NCBI GenBank assembly: GCA_963827635.1
Contig: CAWHBV010000020.1
Span: 29,318 to 93,317, forward strand
Length of the DNA: 64,000 nt
From: an uncultured bacterium
Lineage (GTDB): Bacteria; Acidobacteriota; Aminicenantia; Aminicenantales; Saccharicenantaceae
Direction: 5' to 3'
The translations under genes were made by a program, and so were the position numbers. Under the pieces are notes generated by a model that saw only the letters and a list, made by a program, of their open reading frames with translations, was not told the DNA's origin and did not search any database. Positions 58,036-64,000 of this stretch are shown here, piece after piece (position 1 is the stretch's first letter; each line of letters starts with the position of its first letter).

Positions 58036-59268
58036 TCAGTCGCCGACGTGGACGAGGTCCTTGACCTTGCGGAAGACCGCCAGGACCTTGTCGACCTGTT
58101 CGTCGGTGTGGGTGGCCATGTAGCTCGTCCGCAGGCACGAGAACTCGGGCGTGACGGAGGGCGGCAGGGCGACGTTGGTGTAGATGCCGGCCTCGAAGAA
58201 GACCTTCCAGGCCTGCAGGGCCTTCATCATGTCGCCGATGACGATGGGGATGATGGGCGTCTCGGACTCGCCGAGGTTGTAGCCCATGGCCCTGAGCTCG
58301 GTCCGGACGCGCGCGCCGATCTGGTTGACCCGTTCGACCCGCTCGGGCTCCTGCTCGAGGACGTCCAGGCAGGCCAGCACCGTGGCCACGTTGGACGGCG
58401 GCAGGCTGGCGCTGAACATGAACGGGCGGGCGAACATCTGGATGAAGTGGACGGCCTCCTTGGGGCCGGCGATGAAGCCGCCGACCGAGGCCAGGGACTT
58501 GCTGAACGTGCCCATGACCAGGTCGACGTCCTTCTGCAGGCCGAAGTGCCAGCCCGTGCCGCGCCCGCCGCCGAGGACGCCGATGGCGTGGGCGTCGTCG
58601 GACAGCAGCCGGGCGCCGTACGTCTTGCACAGGGGGACGATCTCGGGCAGCTTGGCGATGTCGCCGCCCATGCTGAACACGCCGTCGACGATGACGAGCT
58701 TGGCCGGAGCGGCGGGCAGCGACTTCAGGACGGCCTCGAGGTCGGCCATGTCGTTGTGCTTGTAGGTGCGGATCTGGACGTTCTTGAGGGCCTTGGCCAT
58801 GCGGACGCCGTCGATGATGCTGGCGTGGACCTCTTTGTCGGTGACGATGATATCGTCTTTATCCATGATGGCCGGGATGGTGCCCAGGTTGACCTGGAAC
58901 CCGGTGCTGAAGACCAGGGCGGCCTCCATCCCGACGTACTTGGCCAGGCGCGCTTCGAGCTCGAGATGGAGGTCGAGGGTGCCGTTGAGGAACCGGGAGC
59001 CCGTGCAGCTCGTGCCGTACTTCCGGATGGCCTCGATCGCCGCCTCCTTGACCTTGGGGTGGTTGGTCAGCCCGACGTAGTTGTTCGAGCCGATCATGAT
59101 GTACTTCTTGCCCTGGATGTAGACCTCGGTCCCCTCGGCGTGCTCGATGGGGATGAAGTAGGGGAAGAGCCCCATGGCCTGGGCGGCGCGAGGGGTGATC
59201 GGATAGCCGTATCGGAGGCCCCCCTGGGGGTCGTCGTAGAAGGCCTTGCATTTCTCGAAGAGGTCCAT
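58036..59268 (-). CDS. alpha-oxoamine synthase family PLP enzyme (serine palmitoyltransferase / KBL / BioF-like)
   Basis: GLFPYFIPIEHAEGTEVYIQGKKYIMIGSNNYVGLTNHPKV...YGTSCTGSRFLNGT...DKEVHASIIDG...DDAHAIG...GTFSKSLASVGGF (PLP Lys). Start taken at ATG 59268 (AAGGA upstream); the track ORF starts at TTG 59301. Confidence 0.8.
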   Translation of the reverse strand: MDLFEKCKAFYDDPQGGLRYGYPITPRAAQAMGLFPYFIPIEHAEGTEVYIQGKKYIMIGSNNYVGLTNHPKVKEAAIEAIRKYGTSCTGSRFLNGTLDLHLELEARLAKYVGMEAALVFSTGFQVNLGTIPAIMDKDDIIVTDKEVHASIIDGVRMAKALKNVQIRTYKHNDMADLEAVLKSLPAAPAKLVIVDGVFSMGGDIAKLPEIVPLCKTYGARLLSDDAHAIGVLGGGRGTGWHFGLQKDVDLVMGTFSKSLASVGGFIAGPKEAVHFIQMFARPFMFSASLPPSNVATVLACLDVLEQEPERVERVNQIGARVRTELRAMGYNLGESETPIIPIVIGDMMKALQAWKVFFEAGIYTNVALPPSVTPEFSCLRTSYMATHTDEQVDKVLAVFRKVKDLVHVGD

Positions 59269-59331
59269 TTTCACGTCCTTGGGAAGGATTTCAGCCCCCA
59301 AGTATAGGATTCCGGGCCCGATAAGTCAATT

Positions 59332-60204
59332 TCAGCGACGGAACGGGCGGGTCAGACAGGTCGGGCCGCCGGCGCCCTTGACGGAGATCTCCGTCCCCTC
59401 GTAGGTCAGGACCTCGATCCCGGCCTTTTCCAGGATCCCGGCCGTCCGGGGGTTCCCGGCGATCGCCAGGCACCGGCCCGGGCCCAGCGCGAGGACGTTC
59501 GTGGCCATCGTCGCATACTCCGCATCCGGCACCTCGAGGAGTTCGAAGCCCGCCGCGAGCAGGCGCTTGCGGAAGGGGACCGGGAGGAGACGGGAATAGA
59601 CCAGGAGCTTCCTCTCGGCGACCGGGCTGAGCATGGACATCAGGTGCAGGACGTCCCCGGGCCCGTCCCAGTGGGGCAGCGGGACCTCGACGACCTCGCA
59701 CCCGTCCGCCGCGACGATCTCGCGGAACTGGCGGATGCCCTCGGCGTCGGTCCGGTAGCCGTGACCGATCGCCGCGGTCCGCGCGTCGAGCCAGACGACG
59801 TCGCCGCCCTCGAGCGTGCCGGGTTCGCGGATCTCCCCGACGACCGGCCAGCCGGCCCGGTCGCAGAACTCCCGGACCGCGCCCGGTTCGCCCCGCCGGA
59901 GCTCTTTGCCCATCCGGCAGAGGACGACCCCCCGCGGCGCGACACAGGCCGCGTCCCGGACGTAGATGGAGTCGAGGCCCGTTCCCTCCGCAACGGGGAG
60001 GAAGCGGATGTCCGGCACGGACCGCCGCAGGATCCCGACGAAGGCCTCGTATTCGTCGCAGGCCTTGGCCAGGTCCGGCTCCTCGGTGTAGCGCAGGGCC
60101 GTCCATTGCCGGCGGATATTCTCCCGGTCGCGCCACGCCTCCCGGGGGTGCTTGAGGAGGAGGCTCCCGATCGGCGCGACTTCGGACGGGGCGAACTGGA
60201 CCAT
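59332..60204 (-). CDS. amidinotransferase-fold enzyme (dimethylarginine dimethylaminohydrolase / arginine deiminase-like)
   Basis: ...SIYVRDA...LEGGDVVWLD...AIGHGYRTD...VLHLMS...NVLALGPG...GGPTCLTRP (C-terminal catalytic Cys motif). Confidence 0.7.
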   Translation of the reverse strand: MVQFAPSEVAPIGSLLLKHPREAWRDRENIRRQWTALRYTEEPDLAKACDEYEAFVGILRRSVPDIRFLPVAEGTGLDSIYVRDAACVAPRGVVLCRMGKELRRGEPGAVREFCDRAGWPVVGEIREPGTLEGGDVVWLDARTAAIGHGYRTDAEGIRQFREIVAADGCEVVEVPLPHWDGPGDVLHLMSMLSPVAERKLLVYSRLLPVPFRKRLLAAGFELLEVPDAEYATMATNVLALGPGRCLAIAGNPRTAGILEKAGIEVLTYEGTEISVKGAGGPTCLTRPFRR

Positions 60205-60300
60205 GGCGGCATATTACCGCCGCGGCGGGAAAAGGACAAGACTCTGGATTTTCTTTCGAGGATAGGGTAAAATCCCCGAAATCTACAGTTAGGAGGAAAA

Positions 60301-61620
60301 ATGAAATCAATCGTCCGCGTCTCTATCGTCCTGGCCCTGGCGGCCGTCCTCACGACGGGTCTCTTCGCCAACGGCCTCAACCTGAACGGATTCGGCGCCC
60401 GGGCCGCGGCCATGGGCGGCGCCTTCGTCGGCCTGGCCAACGACTACACGGCCGTCTACTGGAACCCGGCCGGCCTGGCCCTCATCAAGCAGCCGACCTT
60501 CGGGCTCACCGGCGACATCCTCATCCCCAAGGCCACCTACGCCGTGGGCGAGTACGAGATGTCGACCAAGTCCAAGATGTACCCGGCCGGCCTGCTCGGC
60601 TTCTTCACGCCGATCGGCGAGAACATCGTCGTCGGCGTCGGCGCCTACACCCTGTCCGGGCTCGGCGCCGCCTGGGACAATACGGGACTCGAGGCCGCCC
60701 TCGTCTCCCCCTATCCGCCGGCCGCCTTCACGCCCACCCTCGAGCCCTCGAAGTGGGAGAGCTTCATCGGCTCGGTCACCCTCGCGCCCTCGATCGCCGT
60801 CAAGCTCAGCGAGATGATCTACCTCGGCGCGACCTTCAACATCAACTACGGCTTCTTCAAGACCGACCAGTGGGGCAAGTACATGGCCCTGGGGATCGGC
60901 ACGCCTCCCGCCGAAGGCCGGGTCGCCGCGGCGCCCATGCTCATCAACTTCGGCCAGCAGACCCTGAACGTCAAGGGCTGGGGCTTCGGCGCGACCTTCG
61001 GCCTCCTGATCAAGCCGGCCGATTGGATCAGCTTCGGCGCCACCTACCGGACCGAGTCCAAGATGAAGCTCTCCGGGACGACCGAGATCGAGAACATCAA
61101 TCTCCTCGGCCTGGAGAACGAATCCAACACCAAGATGAGCGTCGCCAGCCCGATGTGGCTGGCCGGCGGAGTCGCCGTCAAGCCCATGAACGAGCTGACG
61201 CTGACCTTCGACGCCCAGTACACCAACTGGAAGAAGATCCAGGAGATCGCCCTCGAGTTCGAGGACCCCTACTGGGCCGCAGGGCTGGGCGAGGAAGCCG
61301 CTCTCATCCTGAATTGGAACAATAAGACCCAGCTCCGGTTCGGCGCCGAGTACGACCTCGGCAACTTCGCCGTCCGCGGCGGCTACTACTACGACCCCGC
61401 TCCCGCCCCGGACGCCACGCTGAACATCCTGACGCCGAGCTTCACCTTCAACAGCGTCACCGCCGGCTTCGGCTTCAAGAGCGGCGGACTCAACATCGAC
61501 TTCGCCCTGGAATATCTCATGGGCAAGGACCGGACGGTCGCTCCTTCCGGCGACAACCTGCCCGGAACCTATCAGATGAACATCCTCGTCCCGATGTTCG
61601 CTCTGAGCTTCGGCTGGTAA
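60301..61620 (+). CDS. outer-membrane transport protein, OMPP1/FadL/TodX family
   Basis: Signal peptide. NGLNLNGFGARAAAMGGAFVGLANDYTAVYWNPAGLA (family N-terminal signature). Barrel ending MFALSFGW. Confidence 0.8.
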   Translation: MKSIVRVSIVLALAAVLTTGLFANGLNLNGFGARAAAMGGAFVGLANDYTAVYWNPAGLALIKQPTFGLTGDILIPKATYAVGEYEMSTKSKMYPAGLLGFFTPIGENIVVGVGAYTLSGLGAAWDNTGLEAALVSPYPPAAFTPTLEPSKWESFIGSVTLAPSIAVKLSEMIYLGATFNINYGFFKTDQWGKYMALGIGTPPAEGRVAAAPMLINFGQQTLNVKGWGFGATFGLLIKPADWISFGATYRTESKMKLSGTTEIENINLLGLENESNTKMSVASPMWLAGGVAVKPMNELTLTFDAQYTNWKKIQEIALEFEDPYWAAGLGEEAALILNWNNKTQLRFGAEYDLGNFAVRGGYYYDPAPAPDATLNILTPSFTFNSVTAGFGFKSGGLNIDFALEYLMGKDRTVAPSGDNLPGTYQMNILVPMFALSFGW

Positions 61621-61641
61621 GCCCGCTTATCGCGTCGACCC

Positions 61642-61676
61642 GGGGGGAGGGCGCGGGCCCTCCCCCCGTTTTCTCT
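61642..61676 (+). terminator. rho-independent terminator after the FadL-like gene
   Basis: GGGGGGAGGG (61642-61651) / CCCTCCCCCC (61658-61667), followed by GTTTTCTCTCC. Confidence 0.7.
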
Positions 61677-61696
61677 CCTTCCTCTCTCCGTCCCGT

Positions 61697-61726
61697 TTGA
61701 CCCCTGTCGCGGCTTTGTGCTATAAG
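61697..61726 (+). promoter_or_regulatory. candidate sigma-70 promoter (extended -10) upstream of the Gfo/Idh/MocA gene
   Basis: TTGACC (61697-61702), an 18-nt spacer ending TGC, TATAAG (61721-61726). Implies a 5' leader of about 140 nt. Confidence 0.45.
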
Positions 61727-61872
61727 CCCTCTTGGCATCGCAGTGCCGGAACTCATGGCCATCATCGCCGACCCGCCGTCCCGAGATCTCTCCCTCATTC
61801 TTCATTCCTGGGCCCTCCCGATGCCTCCGGTCCCGCCGATCATCAAATCTCATCGATAAGGAAGGTCACAAC

Positions 61873-63279
61873 ATGGACGAGACGAAGAAAACCGCAACGC
61901 CCGCCGAGCCGTCCTGGAGCCGGCGGAAGTTCCTCGGCGCGGCCTCGACCGCCGCGGCCGGGCTCATGGTCGTGCCCCGCCACGTCGTCGGGGCGACCCA
62001 GAAGAAGGGCGCCAAGAAGGCCCCGAGCGACACCCTCAACATCGCCTGCGTCGGCGTCGGCGGCATGGGCGCGGCGGACACCCGGGGCTGCCGCTCGCAG
62101 AACATCGTCGCCCTCTGCGACGTCGACGACGAGAGCGTGGCCAAGCTCCTCCGCCGCGACGACCTCGAGCCCAACGAGAAGGCCATGTACGACAAGGCGG
62201 CCAAGTACCGCGATTTCCGCCGCATGCTCGAGAAGGAAAAGGGCATCGACGCCATCACCGTGTCGACCCCCGACCACAACCACGCCGTCATCGCCATGGC
62301 CGCCATCAAGCTGGGCAAGCACGTCTACGTCCAGAAGCCCCTGACCCACACCATCAAGGAAGCCCGCGTCCTGGCCGAGGCGGCCAAGGCGGCCAACGTC
62401 GTCACCCAGATGGGCAACCAGGGCCACGCCGGCGAGGGCGCGCGCCTCGTCTGCGAATGGATCAGGGACGGCGCCATCGGCAACGTCTTCGAGGTCCACT
62501 GCTGGACCAACCGCCCGATCTGGCCCCAGGGGGAGATCGACGCTCCCAAGGAAGTCCCCTCGGTGCCCTCGACCCTCGACTGGGACGTCTGGCTCGGCCC
62601 GAGCCCCTTCCGTCCCTACCATCCCGCCTACCACCCCTTCAAGTGGCGCGGTCTCTGGGACTTCGGCACCGGCGCGCTCGGCGACATGGGCGCCCACATC
62701 ATGGACCAGCCCTTCTGGGCCCTGGACCTCAAGGCCCCGGTCAGCGTCGAGGCCTCCTCGACCGTGTTCTCGAAGGATTACGCGCCCGCGGCCGAGGTCG
62801 TGACCTACGAGTTCGCCGCCCGCGGCTCGATGCCTCCCGTGAAGCTGACCTGGTGGGACGGCGGCCTGATGCCGCCCCGGCCGGCCGAGCTCGAGCCGGG
62901 CCGGATGGTCGGCGACGACGGCGGCGGCTGCTTCTTCCGCGGCGACAAGGGCCTGCTCATGTGCGGCACCTACGGCGAGAATCCGAGGCTCGTCCCCGAG
63001 ACCCGGATGCAGGACTACAAGCGGCCGGAGAAGACCATGCCCCGGTCGAAGGGCATCCGCGAGGAGTGGTTCGAGGCCATCAAGAACGGGACGAAGTCGA
63101 CGACCGATTTCTCCTACTCGGGCCCGCTGACCGAGACCATGCTCCTGGCCAACGTCGCCGTCCGCCTCAAAGACAAGAACATGAAGCTCCTGTGGGACGC
63201 GGCGAAGATGGAGTTCACGAACCTCCCCGAGGCCAACGAGCTCCTCCACTTCCAGTACCGGCCCGGCTGGAGCCTCTGA
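61873..63279 (+). CDS. Tat-exported Gfo/Idh/MocA-family oxidoreductase
   Basis: ATG 61873. SRRKFLGAASTAAAGLMVV (twin-arginine). Rossmann motif IACVGVGGMGA...STPDHNHAVIAMAAIKLGKHVYVQKPL. Confidence 0.85.
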   Translation: MDETKKTATPAEPSWSRRKFLGAASTAAAGLMVVPRHVVGATQKKGAKKAPSDTLNIACVGVGGMGAADTRGCRSQNIVALCDVDDESVAKLLRRDDLEPNEKAMYDKAAKYRDFRRMLEKEKGIDAITVSTPDHNHAVIAMAAIKLGKHVYVQKPLTHTIKEARVLAEAAKAANVVTQMGNQGHAGEGARLVCEWIRDGAIGNVFEVHCWTNRPIWPQGEIDAPKEVPSVPSTLDWDVWLGPSPFRPYHPAYHPFKWRGLWDFGTGALGDMGAHIMDQPFWALDLKAPVSVEASSTVFSKDYAPAAEVVTYEFAARGSMPPVKLTWWDGGLMPPRPAELEPGRMVGDDGGGCFFRGDKGLLMCGTYGENPRLVPETRMQDYKRPEKTMPRSKGIREEWFEAIKNGTKSTTDFSYSGPLTETMLLANVAVRLKDKNMKLLWDAAKMEFTNLPEANELLHFQYRPGWSL

Positions 63280-63344
63280 CGCGCGATGGATCGCAGGGGG
63301 ACGGCCCTCGCCCGGGCCGTCCCCCTTTTTATTGGAGGATAGCC

Positions 63345-64000
63345 ATGAACGCGAAATTCGGTAAGCGCCTGGCGCTCCTCGCCGCCGCGGCGGCGATGGT
63401 CTCTCGCCGGCATCGCGTGTCGGCCCAGGAGCAGCTGGCCGGTCCACGATCCGTCGAGGCCCCTGCCGACCGTCGTGGCCCCGGGTCCGGCCGGGCCGCC
63501 CGTGCCCGCGCCGGCCGACGCCATCGTCCTTTTCGACGGCCGGGACCTCGGCCGCTGGACGGACGCCAAGGGCCAGCCGGCCCGTTGGAAGGTCGAGAAC
63601 GGCTATATGGAGGTCGTTCCCAAGACGGGCGGCATCCGGACGGTCGACGGCTACGGCGACTGCCAGCTCCACGTCGAGTGGATGGCCCCGTCGCCGGCCA
63701 AGGGGACCGGGCAGGACCGCGGCAACAGCGGCGTCTTCCTGATGGACACCTACGAGGTCCAGGTCCTCGACTGTTACGGCAACAAGACCTACGCCGACGG
63801 CACGGCCGCGGCCATCTACGGGCAGTTCCCGCCGGCGGTCAACGCCTGCCGGCCGCCCGGCGAATGGCAGACGTACGACATCGTCTTCCACCGGCCGCGG
63901 TTCGCAAGCGACGGCACGCTCGCCTCGCCGGCGCGGATGACCGTCTTCCACAACGGCATCCTCGTCCACGACGGCGCCGTCCTGACCGGGCCGACCGCCC
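63345..64000 (+). pseudogene. DUF1080 (3-keto-disaccharide hydrolase-like) exported protein; 3' end beyond the window; apparent +1 frameshift near the signal peptide (or sequence error)
   Basis: ATG 63345 gives MNAKFGKRLALLAAAAAMV.... The domain is in frame +1: WPVHDPSRPLPTVVAPGPAGPPVPAPADAIVLFDGRDLGRWTDAKGQPARWKVENGYMEVVPKTGGIRT...GNSGVFLMDTYEVQVLD...YGQFPP. That frame has no start codon upstream of the conserved WPVHD segment. The junction is somewhere in 63395-63445. Confidence 0.65.

Noticed and set aside
61755-61859. 34-codon upstream ORF (MAIIADPPSRDLSLILHSWALPMPPVPPIIKSHR) in the leader of the Gfo/Idh/MocA gene.
   Set aside because: It has no Shine-Dalgarno and no recognisable leader-peptide logic, and its Pro/Ser-rich composition is typical of random GC-rich frames. 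It is noted only as a possibility within the long leader.

Overview
High-GC bacterial chromosomal segment. I annotated about 57 protein-coding genes and 2 tRNAs. I found no rRNA, CRISPR array, transposase, integrase or phage genes. The gene content (GWxTD protein, CarboxypepD_reg-type TonB-dependent receptors, many TPR and exported proteins, Gfo/Idh/MocA plus DUF1080 pair) suggests an Acidobacteriota-like lineage; this is inference only. All calls rest on reading the translations and motifs by eye; no database search was possible.

Housekeeping blocks are intact: ddl-ruvX-mltG, pyrK-pyrD-pyrF, ppdK, accB-accC, ffh, rpsP-KH-rimM-trmD-rplS-rnhB, and miaA-hflX-pgsA.

The most interesting regions are:
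1. 52.3-54.8 kb: a two-gene operon encoding a secreted pentaheme cytochrome and a Cyc2-like fused monoheme cytochrome-porin. It lies next to an ECF sigma/anti-sigma/secretin-N+Poly_export operon, separated by an AT-rich, repeat-rich control region.
2. 0.4-9.2 kb: three tandem paralogous TonB-dependent-receptor-like genes. Each has its own terminator, the promoters differ (one is a near-consensus sigma-54 site), and one copy is decayed.
3. 38.4-42.2 kb: a MacA-like adaptor and ABC ATPase with no FtsX permease, followed by a Yip1-family membrane protein and a DUF4388-like protein.
4. 57.3-60.2 kb: an amidinotransferase-fold / alpha-oxoamine synthase / methyltransferase trio.
5. Nine apparent +1 frameshifts confined to seven envelope or regulatory genes, while roughly 50 kb of other coding sequence is intact.

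Most long G/R/P/D/V-rich ORFs in the six-frame track are antisense shadows of real genes.
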